Positions 10,452 to 20,806 of a stretch of 64,000 nt of DNA are shown here, in pieces; position 1 is the first letter of the stretch; every line of letters starts with the position of its first letter. Made by a program: the position numbers and the translations under genes. This stretch comes from Thermodesulfobacteriota bacterium. GTDB taxonomy: Bacteria; Desulfobacterota; Desulfobacteria; Desulfobacterales; SURF-7. Below the pieces are notes generated by a model. The model worked only from the letters and a program-made list of their open reading frames with translations, made no database searches and was not told the origin of the DNA. Where the stretch lies: assembly GCA_049320885.1 (NCBI GenBank), contig JBMORA010000014.1, positions 85,612 through 149,611 of the forward strand, given 5' to 3'.

Positions 10452-11249
10452 ATGAAAAAGACACTGTTTCTTTTTGGATTTTTTTTCACAATCCTGATCA
10501 GTACTGTTTCAGGCTTTGCCCTTCCACTAGTGGACATTGAAGCGGCTTTAGGGTGCTGGCTGCAATCTCCATCGGGAGATTTTTCTTACGTTACAACAGA
10601 AACGAATTCACTACCTTCCACGCTTGATCTGGAAAAGGAGCTGAAATACGATGATGAGAAAGGTATATTGGGAAGAGTAAAGGTTGATTTGCCGATTATA
10701 CCAACTGTCTATGTGATGGCCGCCCCCATGATGTTTGAAGGAAACGGCCTGAAGAACGCCGACTTTCAATTCGGTGATCAAACCATCAGAAGCAATACCG
10801 CATTTTATTCCAAGATAACCTTGAATCAGTATGATGCGACTTTATATTATCCAATTCCCTTTCTGAAATCCGCAACCGGAGAAAAATTGAATGTTGATAT
10901 CGGGATCAATGCCAGAATTATCGATACCAAAGCGGAAATCCACCAGGATGCCGCTCAAGACACCCCGGCGGTCAATGATTCCGAAAGCGCCATTCTGGCT
11001 GTTCCCACGCTTTTTGTTGCCGCGCAGTTTGTGCCCCATGAACGGTTGGCTCTGGAAGTGGAGGGAAAGGGCTTGCAGGCCGGAGACAACAGTGTTTACA
11101 GCTTCATCGGACGATTGCGGGTAAACATCATTGGTCCGGCGTTCATTGCAGGTGGTTACCGCCATGATGTCATTGATGTTGATGAAAGCGATGTGCGCAT
11201 TGACGCCCAGTTCGCCGGACCGTTTCTGGAAGTGGGGCTGAAATTCTGA
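10452..11249 (+). CDS. Outer-membrane beta-barrel protein (TIGR04219-like)
   Basis: Signal peptide, alternating beta strands, C-terminal Phe (GPFLEVGLKF). Confidence 0.75.
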   Translation: MKKTLFLFGFFFTILISTVSGFALPLVDIEAALGCWLQSPSGDFSYVTTETNSLPSTLDLEKELKYDDEKGILGRVKVDLPIIPTVYVMAAPMMFEGNGLKNADFQFGDQTIRSNTAFYSKITLNQYDATLYYPIPFLKSATGEKLNVDIGINARIIDTKAEIHQDAAQDTPAVNDSESAILAVPTLFVAAQFVPHERLALEVEGKGLQAGDNSVYSFIGRLRVNIIGPAFIAGGYRHDVIDVDESDVRIDAQFAGPFLEVGLKF

Positions 11250-11273
11250 CGATGCGCCTTCGGCAATCCGGTT

Positions 11274-11528
11274 TCAAGCCGGACCGGGTATGTCATACGT
11301 AGTACAGGAGCCCCCGGAGCAGGTTCGTGTCTGTGCCGAAGGTCCGGAGCCACCAGGGGCACAACCTTTCGAAGAACCAGACATGCTATAACTGGCAGTA
11401 CTCATTATCCTTTCGAATTCATCGGATTGGCATTTGGGGCATTTCATTTCCACCGGTTCGTCAGGCTTCAATACAATAATCTCAAATATATCAGAACATT
11501 TTAAGCATCGAAATTCATATATCGGCAT
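11274..11528 (-). CDS. FmdB-family zinc-ribbon protein
   Basis: MPIYEFRCLKC...CPKC; SD GAGGAG. Confidence 0.85.
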   Translation of the reverse strand: MPIYEFRCLKCSDIFEIIVLKPDEPVEMKCPKCQSDEFERIMSTASYSMSGSSKGCAPGGSGPSAQTRTCSGGSCTTYDIPGPA

Positions 11529-11579
11529 ATCTGTCTCCTCATGTTTCAGGCAATTCATACTATTGAAAGATCGGTTTTG

Positions 11580-13304
11580 TCAAGATTTTGGCCGGTTGCT
11601 GCTCCCCAACAATTCCCGGGCATGGGCCAGGGTGGTGGAAGTCAGGGTTTCGCCGCCCAGCATCCGGGCGATTTCCGTTACACGCTGGTCTTTGTCGAGC
11701 GGGATGATTTCCGTGCTGGTTCTTCCAGCGGCCGTTTTTTTGGATATGCGAAAATGGTGATCCCCAAATTTGGCGATTTGAGGCAGGTGGGTAATACAAA
11801 TTACTTGATGGTGCTCGGCCAGCGAGGCGAGCTTTTTCCCCACAACTTCCGCTGTCGCTCCACCGATTCCTGCATCCACTTCATCAAAGACAATGGTCTC
11901 AACAGAATCGGTTTTGGATAGAATGGCTTTAACTGCCAGAACGACCCGGGAAAGCTCCCCACCGGACGCTATTGCGGCAAGCGGCTTGAGATCTTCGCCC
12001 TGATTGGGCGCGATCATGAAAGTCACCCGATCGAATCCTGTCTCATCAAGAGTTTTCCCGTCAACACACAGATGGGTGCCTGCATTTCCCGGCTGCGATT
12101 CGGATGCCGTATGCTCCACCGCCACATGAAACCGTGTGTGGGGCATTTTCAGATCGCTCAACTCCTGCTCCACTTTGGATGAAAGCATTTTCGCGCAAGC
12201 CGTGCGCTTAAGGGATATCTCCTTTGCCAGCAGGCAGAGTTGTTCGTGAAGCGAGTCTATTTCCTTGCGAGTGTGAACCATCTGTTCGCCCAGGGAATCA
12301 TAACCTGTCAAGGATGAATTGATTTCCTTGAGTTTATCGGCGATGGACGCTAACGTCCCACCGTATTTCCTTTTCAACTGTTGCAGGGTATTCAGTCTGT
12401 TTTCCACTTCCTCCAACCGATTTCCATCCGTTTCCAGCGAATGAAGATATTGTCTCAATCGGTCGACAAGGTCCTCCAGGCCAAAGCGGTGGTTTTCGAT
12501 ATCGGCAATGGTCGGTTTCAAGGTTTGATCCAGCCTGGCGGCCTTGTCGAGGTCGCTTGCAACTGCCGCCAGGCGCTCTAAAATGGATTCAGGGGAATCG
12601 TACAGGGTTTCGATGCTGTTGAAAGCGGTTTGATATAATTGGGCTGAATGTTTCAGTTTGGTGCGTTCTTGCTCGAGTAATACATCTTCGTTTTCCAGGA
12701 TTGCTGCGGATTCGATTTCATTTTTTTGAAATCCCAACAGTTCTGCCTCCTCCTTATGGCGGCGTTGCCTCGCTTCAAGGTCTTTCAGAAGGCGCAGAAG
12801 TGGCACCAGGGCATGGTAGCATGTACCGATGCGGTTTCGAAGGGGCATGAGCCCTCCGAATTGATCCAGAATAAGAAGATGCTGGTCCGAAACCAGCAGG
12901 CCCTGGTTGGCGTGCTGGCCGGATATGCTGGCGAGATGCTGGGTGATCGGGGTTAATTGCTGAATAGTGGCCTGTCGGCCGTTAATGTAGATGCGATGAC
13001 GATCAGCCGATGAAATGACACGGCGGATGATCAGTTCATTATTATGACCTAGGTCATTTTCAAAAAGGCCATGGGCGATGCCGCCTTGGGGATCGATGAT
13101 AAAATGTGCTTCCAGTTCCGCCTTGTCGGCTCCCTTGCGGACCAGTCCCGATGTCGCCCGGTTCCCCAAAAGCAGATTCACGGCGTTGATGATGATGGAC
13201 TTGCCGGCGCCTGTCTCACCGCTTAAAACGGTCAACCCTTCTGAAAAGACAATCCGCAAATCGTCGATGATCGCGAAATTTCGGATACTCAATTCTTGGA
13301 GCAT
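11580..13304 (-). CDS. recN: DNA repair protein RecN
   Basis: GETGAGKS, ASGGELSR, FDEVDAG, ITHLPQIA. Confidence 0.96.
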   Translation of the reverse strand: MLQELSIRNFAIIDDLRIVFSEGLTVLSGETGAGKSIIINAVNLLLGNRATSGLVRKGADKAELEAHFIIDPQGGIAHGLFENDLGHNNELIIRRVISSADRHRIYINGRQATIQQLTPITQHLASISGQHANQGLLVSDQHLLILDQFGGLMPLRNRIGTCYHALVPLLRLLKDLEARQRRHKEEAELLGFQKNEIESAAILENEDVLLEQERTKLKHSAQLYQTAFNSIETLYDSPESILERLAAVASDLDKAARLDQTLKPTIADIENHRFGLEDLVDRLRQYLHSLETDGNRLEEVENRLNTLQQLKRKYGGTLASIADKLKEINSSLTGYDSLGEQMVHTRKEIDSLHEQLCLLAKEISLKRTACAKMLSSKVEQELSDLKMPHTRFHVAVEHTASESQPGNAGTHLCVDGKTLDETGFDRVTFMIAPNQGEDLKPLAAIASGGELSRVVLAVKAILSKTDSVETIVFDEVDAGIGGATAEVVGKKLASLAEHHQVICITHLPQIAKFGDHHFRISKKTAAGRTSTEIIPLDKDQRVTEIARMLGGETLTSTTLAHARELLGSSNRPKS

Positions 13305-13340
13305 ATGGAATTACCGACTTCAAGCGATTGGTATAGTCTA

Positions 13341-14360
13341 TCAGACATTGAACCGGAAATTGATGATATCTCCGTTTTGGACCAGATAATCGCGGCCCTC
13401 CAGTCTGACGGTTCCGTTTTTTTTAGCTTCAGCAAACGAGCCGGCGGTCATGAGATCGTCATAGGCCAGAACTTCGGCGCGGATGAACCCCTTTTGGATG
13501 TCCGTGTGTATTCCTCCCGCGGCCTCCACAGCGGGAGTTCCGGCCGCGATGGTCCACGCGCGGACCTCGTCTTCACCGACGGTGAAAAAAGAAATCAAGC
13601 CCAGAAGCTGATAGGACTTCTGAATAACGCGGTCCATGGCCGAGGAGGATATATGAAATTCCTCCAAAAAGGATTCGACTTCATCATCCGCCATTTGGGA
13701 AAGCTCCTGTTCCAGCTTGCCCCGGATAACCATGGACTCGGCCCACAATGATTCGGATCCTTCCGGAACGGTTTCGTCATTGTCATTGTTGTTGAATAAG
13801 ACCAGCTGGGGTTTTGCTGATATAAAGGCATACCCCCGCAGGCATCTTGCAAACGACAATTTCGGTTCACTCCGCAGCGGAATTCCGTTTTCCAGTTTTT
13901 GATGACAGTCCAGCAACAGCAACTGTTCTTCGGCGGAGATATCCCTTCCCCTTTGTTTGTCTTTTTCAAGTCGTTCCAGACGTGTTTCGGTGACAACCAG
14001 GTCGGAAACGATCATTTCGAGATTTATCTGTTGAAGATCCGTGAAAGGATTCGGCGGTTCCAGACCGAACTGCTGGAAATTTCGGACCACATGGATCAAC
14101 GCATCACAATCCCTGACAGCGTTGAACTGGTTTTTATCCTTTTTTGACCCCGCGATCCCCGGCAGAAGATATTCCACCTTGGCGTAAATGGTTTTACGGG
14201 GGTTGTACATCCGGCTTAGCCGGTCAACCCGGACATCCGGGACATCAATGGTTCCAATCCTGTTGTCAATAATGGTTCCGGGTTCGGAAAACTGGTGCGT
14301 AATGGCTGAAAATATAGTTGATTTGCCTGCTCCCGCCAGCCCAATGATACCAAGTTTCAT
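13341..14360 (-). CDS. YchF-like ATPase (short DUF933/TGS paralog)
   Basis: GLAGAGKST P-loop; FFTVGEDEVRAW and IHTDIQKGFIRAEV TGS domain. Confidence 0.85.
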   Translation of the reverse strand: MKLGIIGLAGAGKSTIFSAITHQFSEPGTIIDNRIGTIDVPDVRVDRLSRMYNPRKTIYAKVEYLLPGIAGSKKDKNQFNAVRDCDALIHVVRNFQQFGLEPPNPFTDLQQINLEMIVSDLVVTETRLERLEKDKQRGRDISAEEQLLLLDCHQKLENGIPLRSEPKLSFARCLRGYAFISAKPQLVLFNNNDNDETVPEGSESLWAESMVIRGKLEQELSQMADDEVESFLEEFHISSSAMDRVIQKSYQLLGLISFFTVGEDEVRAWTIAAGTPAVEAAGGIHTDIQKGFIRAEVLAYDDLMTAGSFAEAKKNGTVRLEGRDYLVQNGDIINFRFNV

Positions 14361-14580
14361 TCCGAACACCTCCAACGGTTTTTACATTTACATACAATTA
14401 TCGCGCATACAGGTCGACGGTAATGAAAATACGCCGACAAACGCGAATAAGGTATACTCGGAAGCACGGTAAGGCAATTCTTTTTTTCTGCCGGATGGAT
14501 TCCTGTTGTCAAGCGGGCTTGTGATGATTGAATAACAGCTTGTTTTTTTTGAAAATGAACCAGGTGTGGGTAGAATTCCT

Positions 14581-14609
14581 TTGACACATCAATGGTTTTA
14601 TCCTATAAT
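14581..14609 (+). promoter_or_regulatory. Consensus sigma70 promoter upstream of the dodecin leader
   Basis: TTGACA (14581-14586), 17 nt, TATAAT (14604-14609). Confidence 0.8.
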
Positions 14610-14892
14610 TTTATCTTAAGACAGTGCTTGGCCTTCGCGCACCACATCACTATCATTTACAGCTCATAAACCGACACCCCTTTGGAATCAGCGGACGACG
14701 ATCCATCCGGGCGATTCATCATGATGGATAAGGGCACTCTTTTTTAAAGCGAATTTTTTCATGGTCCATGTTTTTGCCGTTGGCTTTTACTGCGCATGAA
14801 ATCACTTTTACGGGGGAACCAATCCTCGCGGGAAAGTCCTTTCAATGCGCAACGAACATAAGGCTAACCATCACTAATAAAGGAGGGCAAAA

Positions 14893-15109
14893 AATGGCTG
14901 ACAGTATTTACAAAATTATTGAATTGGTCGGTACCAGTGATGTTTCCTGGGAAGCGGCGGCAAAAAATGCAGTTGAAACAGCAGCAAAAAGCCTGAAGGA
15001 CCTTCGGATCGCCGATGTGGTTAAAATGGACATGAAGGTAGAGGACGGCAAAGTGGTCGCCTATCGGACACGAGTAAATCTTTCTTTCAAGTATGGGTCG
15101 GACAAATGA
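14893..15109 (+). CDS. Dodecin-family flavin-binding protein
   Basis: YKIIELVGTS..SWE.A...YRTRVNLSFK; SD AAGGAGG. Confidence 0.9.
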
Positions 15110-15275
15110 TCAAAAGATAGCAGGCGCACACCCGGCAGCCGGAAACGAACAGGCGGGATTGTTTGGAATTCTGCCTGTCCGTTTCCCAAAATGTGCCGGA
15201 GGGCCCGGATGCTGAAACCTGTAAGCACCGGAATGAGATGGAAGGAGTGCATCATACCGGTGGAGATGAGGATCT

Positions 15276-15806
15276 ATGGGAATCAATAACGTATCCATGA
15301 TAAAAACCAAAAAATATGTGCAACGTCGACAACATGTCCGCTTCCGTGTTGATGGCGCTACCATCGGCGTTTCCAGGGATCAATACACAAAAATGGGGCA
15401 GGTTGTGGATATCAGCATGGGCGGCCTTTCGTTTCGGTATTTTGACGGCGGAATGGAAAGCGCCGAATTTCCTGAAAGCGCCAAAATGGCCATCCTGCTG
15501 GCTCCCAAGGATTTTCATTTGGAAAATATTCCTTTTCGAACCATCCTGGATTTTCCCGTTCAGCCGACATTTCTTGAAATGCGACAAAGGTGCGTCCAGT
15601 TCGGGAATTTGACACCTGCGCAGTTGCTTCATCTGGAGTATTTTATATCCAACCTGTCTGGAGGCCCGATTATAGACAGCAGGCGACAACCAGAAAGGCG
15701 CCTGGTCGGTTGGCGCAGGGATGATAGTAGCGGCCGGGCGGAAGGTGGCAGATGGGATATTATCGACCGCAGAAGTGGAAACGATCGTCGTTCCTTTTAT
15801 CATTAA
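15276..15806 (+). CDS. PilZ-domain (c-di-GMP-binding) protein with DRR-rich tail
   Basis: RRQHVR (RxxxR) and DISMGG (DxSxxG). Confidence 0.82.
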   Translation: MGINNVSMIKTKKYVQRRQHVRFRVDGATIGVSRDQYTKMGQVVDISMGGLSFRYFDGGMESAEFPESAKMAILLAPKDFHLENIPFRTILDFPVQPTFLEMRQRCVQFGNLTPAQLLHLEYFISNLSGGPIIDSRRQPERRLVGWRRDDSSGRAEGGRWDIIDRRSGNDRRSFYH

Positions 15807-15864
15807 AATTCGTCCGGATTCGGTTTGCCGGTTGAAGGTTTTGCATAAGTGCAAGAGCTGAAAG

Positions 15865-17571
15865 ATGATGGACTGTAAACAGGTGCCCGACCGCCAGGAC
15901 CCCATTCTCGTCGTGGCGCATTTTTTTCTGGAGATATACCGGCAGCAACTGAAAGCCTCCCGCAACAATCCCGCCGAGTGTCATTTTTTAGAGGAAGCAG
16001 CCGACCGTGATGGCAGCAGCATATTTGAACTGCGAATTCTCCAGGGAAATGCGTGGAAATCCAGAAGGATGATGATTGCTCGGCTGGGAGATGGAAGCGG
16101 CAGCAAAAGCCGTTGCTATTATGTTATTTACGACGATCATCTGGTCGTAAAAATCCCCCCTGCCCCCATTGTCGATTTTTCAGTTTACACCAACAGTATC
16201 CTTGCAGAACAAAAAATTGCCGCCGGCCTCAAACCGCGGGTTTGCATCACTCCTGGCGTTTCCGTGATCCTGAAGCGGGTTTGCCCGTCCTGCGGTTTCG
16301 GTGTGGACACAGCGCACGAAGAAATAGAAGCGCGCTATTTCAAGTGGTTGAATGACAACCCTCCATTTCAGGAATACCTTAAAATCCAGGGTGGTTTTGT
16401 TTTTTTTATGGATCTGTCCAAATATTTCATCCTGGCGGATGTGCTGAAGGCCATGCATGCAGGCCGCGATGCGGAGCTGACCGGCGAAATGATCAACAAT
16501 GGGGAGTTGTTGTGGAAACCCAACGAATTCGGAGGCCGCTATGGGAGGGGCGCGGTGGATGTGGCGGAAGAACTCCAGCAGTTGTATCGGGAATTTGAAA
16601 CAGGCCTGGAGAACATATTCCATCGGGAAAACATTTCCATCGCCGCCAACCAGTACAGATTTCATGATTGGTTTGTTCACGAGCTGGCCGGAAAAAAAGC
16701 CAGAAAAGAGCAGGCCGTTTACCCCGCCTCGACCCGCGAGGAAATGGAGCAGCTTTTCCACGCCATCGTGAAAAAAAATGTTTCGGCGGTGGAACGATAT
16801 TATCAAACCATCCGATCGTTTCTGCAGCGAAAAACATTTCTCCAAAATAAAGGAAAAATGTCTGGAATCATATATAATATTTTGGACTTGCTGGCGTTTT
16901 TGAACCGCAGGGGAATCGCCTTGAGGGATTTTAAACCCGATAATATTTTGGTGGCGGGCGACCCGGGAAAATATCCCCATTTTCTTTCGGATACCCAGGC
17001 GTTTTCCCTGGGGTTGATCGATATGGAAACTGCCATCGTGATGGAAGCCGATTCTGTGGAGGGTTTCGGACAACCCATGCTGGGGGGAACACCCCTGTAC
17101 GCCACTCCCTCCCAACTGGTTTCCAATGAAATCTTGGCGCAATCGCTGGGAGATATCCGCCAGATCTTTTTTCTTCAGGATTGGCATGCCGCCATGGCGA
17201 TGATGTACCATGTTGTTACTGATGAGTATTTGTTTAAGGATACGGCGAAAATCCTGCCGGTGATCATCCAGACCATTCAAGAGGCGTCGCGTGCGAATGA
17301 TTGTTCAGTCGACGTATTTATAACTGTCAGTCGATCTTATTGGCAGAATGCGTATTCCGAGTTTGCATATAATACCAACAGGCGGGAGCATATCCTGAAA
17401 GCAGTATCCATCCCTGTCGTCGGATCCGTAAAGGAGTTTTTCAAGGAGGTTTTTCAGAAAGAGATCGCATGGCTGAGCGCTTTCGATATTTTGAATCTCT
17501 TTTTTACGCGCATTTTTCAGTCGATGTATCCGGAAACGTGGCGTACGGATGGCCCTATCCGGGAGGGCTGA
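15865..17571 (+). CDS. Protein-kinase-like (Ser/Thr kinase fold) protein
   Basis: GSGSKS loop, VVKIP, RDFKPDN, LIDME, GGTPLY. Confidence 0.75.
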   Translation: MMDCKQVPDRQDPILVVAHFFLEIYRQQLKASRNNPAECHFLEEAADRDGSSIFELRILQGNAWKSRRMMIARLGDGSGSKSRCYYVIYDDHLVVKIPPAPIVDFSVYTNSILAEQKIAAGLKPRVCITPGVSVILKRVCPSCGFGVDTAHEEIEARYFKWLNDNPPFQEYLKIQGGFVFFMDLSKYFILADVLKAMHAGRDAELTGEMINNGELLWKPNEFGGRYGRGAVDVAEELQQLYREFETGLENIFHRENISIAANQYRFHDWFVHELAGKKARKEQAVYPASTREEMEQLFHAIVKKNVSAVERYYQTIRSFLQRKTFLQNKGKMSGIIYNILDLLAFLNRRGIALRDFKPDNILVAGDPGKYPHFLSDTQAFSLGLIDMETAIVMEADSVEGFGQPMLGGTPLYATPSQLVSNEILAQSLGDIRQIFFLQDWHAAMAMMYHVVTDEYLFKDTAKILPVIIQTIQEASRANDCSVDVFITVSRSYWQNAYSEFAYNTNRREHILKAVSIPVVGSVKEFFKEVFQKEIAWLSAFDILNLFFTRIFQSMYPETWRTDGPIREG

Positions 17572-17780
17572 GGCTTTGGAACCACGCGCATGTCGGTGCT
17601 GGAAAAAACCAGTGATGCCTCATCGGCAGCCCCGGCCAGCAACATTTGTCTTTTTTCTTGACAAAACCCGGGGTTTCCTTCACGATATCGCAGCATCACA
17701 AAATTATCATATCTGTGTCGACCCCGTATCTGTATCGCATCTTGATTGTTTCCAATCCACAATTGTCGTTGTTAAACAAT

Positions 17781-19340
17781 ATGAGCCGAGCCTCCATTCA
17801 TCATCGTTCAACGGATCATGAGAATGACCGGTTAATAACTCACCACTTACCGGTTATTCTGGAGAGTATGTCCGAGGGAATCATCGGCATCGCGTCCGGC
17901 CGGATTGTGTTCTCCAGTTCCTTCGCCGCCGCTCTATTGGGAAAGTCTCCTGCGGACTTATGTGGTCTGATGCTTCCGGATTTTTTTGAACCAAGATTTC
18001 GAACTCAATTGGCCGCTTTCATCAACGATCCTGATTCGGGTCCGGCTGAATTGGGCCAGGATGAGCCGATTGAACTGCATGAAAGACAAATTACGTTAAA
18101 GCGTGTTCTGATAAAAGATGAAACGGACACCATGCTGCTGTTCATCGGTGACGTCACCAAACAGAAACAGATGGAGCGGCAATTGCGCCAATCCCAAAAA
18201 ATGGAGGCCATCGGCACGTTGGCGGGAGGCATTGCGCATGATTTCAACAATATTCTCGCCGCCATCATGGGATATGCCGAAATCGTGAAATTCGACATCA
18301 AGGCTTCGAATCCGGCCCACCAGAAAATCGATCAGATTCTGATCGCCAGCAAACGGGCCCGGGATTTGATCCATCAAATCCTGGCATTCAGCCGGCAGAG
18401 CGAATTGCATCGCAAGCCGATCCAGATGCATCTGATCGTGAAGGAGGCCTTGAAATTGCTGCGCGCATCCCTTCCTTCCAGCATCGAAATTCGACAAAAA
18501 ATCCGAACCGGAGCCAGTCATGTCATGGCGGATGCGACCCAAATTCATCAACTCCTGATGAATCTGTGTACCAATGCCCATCATGCCATGCGGGAGCGGG
18601 GTGGTGTTCTGGATATTGCGCTTGAGCCAGTTGATTCCAAAGACATGAATGCCGATATCGGCGGAGAATTTCAACAGGAAGCCTTCCTGAAGCTGACCGT
18701 GGCGGATACCGGCGTCGGGATGGCGCCGGATGTCATGGAACGAATCTTTGAGCCGTATTTTACGACCAAGCGGAAAGGAGAAGGCACCGGCATGGGCCTT
18801 GCCGTTGTGCACGGTATTGTCAAAAGCCACGGCGGCACCATCACGGTCAGAAGTACTCCAGGGCAAGGTACGATTTTTTCGGTATATTTTCCCATGGTGG
18901 TCATTGACGAAAAGTTATCCGAAAATCCATGCGAATCGCTGCCGCGGGGGAACGAAAGAATTCTGTTGGTCGACGATGAAGAGGTCCTGGTGAGTCTGGG
19001 GAGGCAAATGCTGGCGCTGCTGGGATATCAAGTGGAAACCCGCACCAGTTCCATTGAGGCTCTTGAGGCCTTCCGATCCCATCCGCATGAGTTCGATTTA
19101 TTGATAACGGATATGACCATGCCGAACATGACCGGAGAGCGACTCGCGCAAAAGGTCATGATGATCCGCCCGGATATGCCGGTATTGCTGTGCACCGGTT
19201 TCAGTGAGAGCATTTCACCGGAAAAAGCGCTTTCCGTCGGCATCAAGGACTTGCTGATGAAGCCCATCGCCCTTTTCGACCTCGCCCGGACCGTACGGCA
19301 AGTGCTGGATCAAGCTAAAAACCAAGATAGGCCTTCTTGA
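17781..19340 (+). CDS. PAS hybrid sensor histidine kinase/receiver (start uncertain)
   Basis: AHDFNNIL H-box, GTGMGL G2 box, receiver ITDMTMP. Confidence 0.9.
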   Translation: MSRASIHHRSTDHENDRLITHHLPVILESMSEGIIGIASGRIVFSSSFAAALLGKSPADLCGLMLPDFFEPRFRTQLAAFINDPDSGPAELGQDEPIELHERQITLKRVLIKDETDTMLLFIGDVTKQKQMERQLRQSQKMEAIGTLAGGIAHDFNNILAAIMGYAEIVKFDIKASNPAHQKIDQILIASKRARDLIHQILAFSRQSELHRKPIQMHLIVKEALKLLRASLPSSIEIRQKIRTGASHVMADATQIHQLLMNLCTNAHHAMRERGGVLDIALEPVDSKDMNADIGGEFQQEAFLKLTVADTGVGMAPDVMERIFEPYFTTKRKGEGTGMGLAVVHGIVKSHGGTITVRSTPGQGTIFSVYFPMVVIDEKLSENPCESLPRGNERILLVDDEEVLVSLGRQMLALLGYQVETRTSSIEALEAFRSHPHEFDLLITDMTMPNMTGERLAQKVMMIRPDMPVLLCTGFSESISPEKALSVGIKDLLMKPIALFDLARTVRQVLDQAKNQDRPS

Positions 19341-20022
19341 CCGCTTCATTGGCCAGGAGATTGGCCGCGGTATCCGCTAAAATGATGCGACCGTTTTCCA
19401 GCACATAACCGCGATGCGCCACCCGCAAAGCAAGATTGGCATTTTGCTCCACCAGAAAAATGGTGGTTTGGCTTTCCGTATTGATTTTCCGGATGATGTT
19501 GAAAATTTGTTTGATCACCAGGGGCGCCAGCCCCAGAGAAGGTTCGTCCAGCAGCAACAATTTGGGGCGCGCCATCAGCGCCCGGCAGATGGCCAGCATC
19601 TGCTGCTCCCCTCCGCTCAGGGTTCCGCCGGCCTGATTCCGTCTTTCCGCGAGAATGGGAAACAAACAATAAAGATACTCGATGTCTTTTTTAATCGCCT
19701 GTCTGTCCTTACGCAGGAAAGCGCCCATGTCAAGATTTTCCGATACGGAAAGATAGGGAAAAATCCTGCGTCCTTCCGGGACCTGTGAAATGCCCAGGGT
19801 GACGATTTCATTGGGGCTCAACGCTCCTATGGACCGACCCATGAACAGGATATCGCCGGCCCGGGCCGGCACGATACCGCAGATCGTCATCAAGGTCGTC
19901 GACTTGCCGGCGCCGTTGGCGCCGATCAGGGTGATAATTTCACCGGCTTCAACATCGATGGAGATGCCCTTCAATGCCTGGATATTGCCGTAATATGCCT
20001 GAACGTTTCTCAGTTTAAGCAT
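19315..20022 (-). CDS. livF: Branched-chain amino acid ABC ATPase LivF
   Basis: GANGAGKST, LSGGEQQM, LLDEPSLGL. Confidence 0.93.
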   Translation of the reverse strand: MLKLRNVQAYYGNIQALKGISIDVEAGEIITLIGANGAGKSTTLMTICGIVPARAGDILFMGRSIGALSPNEIVTLGISQVPEGRRIFPYLSVSENLDMGAFLRKDRQAIKKDIEYLYCLFPILAERRNQAGGTLSGGEQQMLAICRALMARPKLLLLDEPSLGLAPLVIKQIFNIIRKINTESQTTIFLVEQNANLALRVAHRGYVLENGRIILADTAANLLANEAVKKAYLGF

Positions 20023-20806
20023 CGAAGTCTTCCCCGAGATAGGCTTTGATCACCACCGGATTCGATTTGATTTCCGCAGGTGTTCCCTGGGCGATTTTTT
20101 TCCCGTAGTCCATGACGAAAATCCGGTCGGAGATTTTCATGACCAGCTTCATGTCATGCTCGATCAAGAGAATGGACAGTTTTTCCGTATTCCGAATTCG
20201 AACGATCAGTTCATCCAGCTCCCTGGTCTCCTGGGGGTTCATTCCGGCCGCCGGTTCATCCAGCAGCAGGAGAAAGGGCTCCGTCGCCATGGCCCGGGCA
20301 ATTTCCAGCCGGCGCTGGGCTCCATACGGAAGGTTGGCCGCCAGTTCGTTGACAAACCTGCTCAGGCCCATTTTTTCCAGGATGATATAGCTTTCCGCCA
20401 CCACCCGCTTTTCTTCCATCCGGGTGGCCCGACCCCGGAAAACGGCGCCGGCAATGCCGGCGGACATCCGGCAGTGGCGGCCGATCATGACGTTCTCCAG
20501 CACGGTCATGTTCTGGAACAGGCGGATGTTCTGGAAGGTTCGCGCCAGCCCCTGTTCCGTAATTTTGTTGGGCTTTAATCCATTGATGCGCTGCGTGTTT
20601 TTTTGAGGTGGTGTGATCAGTATATCCCCTTCGGTGGGAGAATAAATTCCGGTAATGCAATTGAAAAAGGTGGTTTTGCCTGCTCCGTTGGGACCGATAA
20701 GGGCGACGATTTCACCTTGCCGGATATCCAGATCCAGGCGGGAAAGGGCCTGAAGCCCTCCGAAAGACATGCTCAACTGGTTAACAGCCAGTACCGGCGA
20801 GGTCAT
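20015..20806 (-). CDS. livG: Branched-chain amino acid ABC ATPase LivG
   Basis: GPNGAGKTT, LPYGAQRRLEIARA, DEPAAGMN. Confidence 0.93.
   Translation of the reverse strand: MTSPVLAVNQLSMSFGGLQALSRLDLDIRQGEIVALIGPNGAGKTTFFNCITGIYSPTEGDILITPPQKNTQRINGLKPNKITEQGLARTFQNIRLFQNMTVLENVMIGRHCRMSAGIAGAVFRGRATRMEEKRVVAESYIILEKMGLSRFVNELAANLPYGAQRRLEIARAMATEPFLLLLDEPAAGMNPQETRELDELIVRIRNTEKLSILLIEHDMKLVMKISDRIFVMDYGKKIAQGTPAEIKSNPVVIKAYLGEDFDA

Noticed and set aside
15408..15427. 20-bp identity GATATCAGCATGGGCGGCCT shared with the PilZ gene near 30795
   Set aside because: It encodes the conserved DISMGG motif of paralogs and is not a mobile repeat
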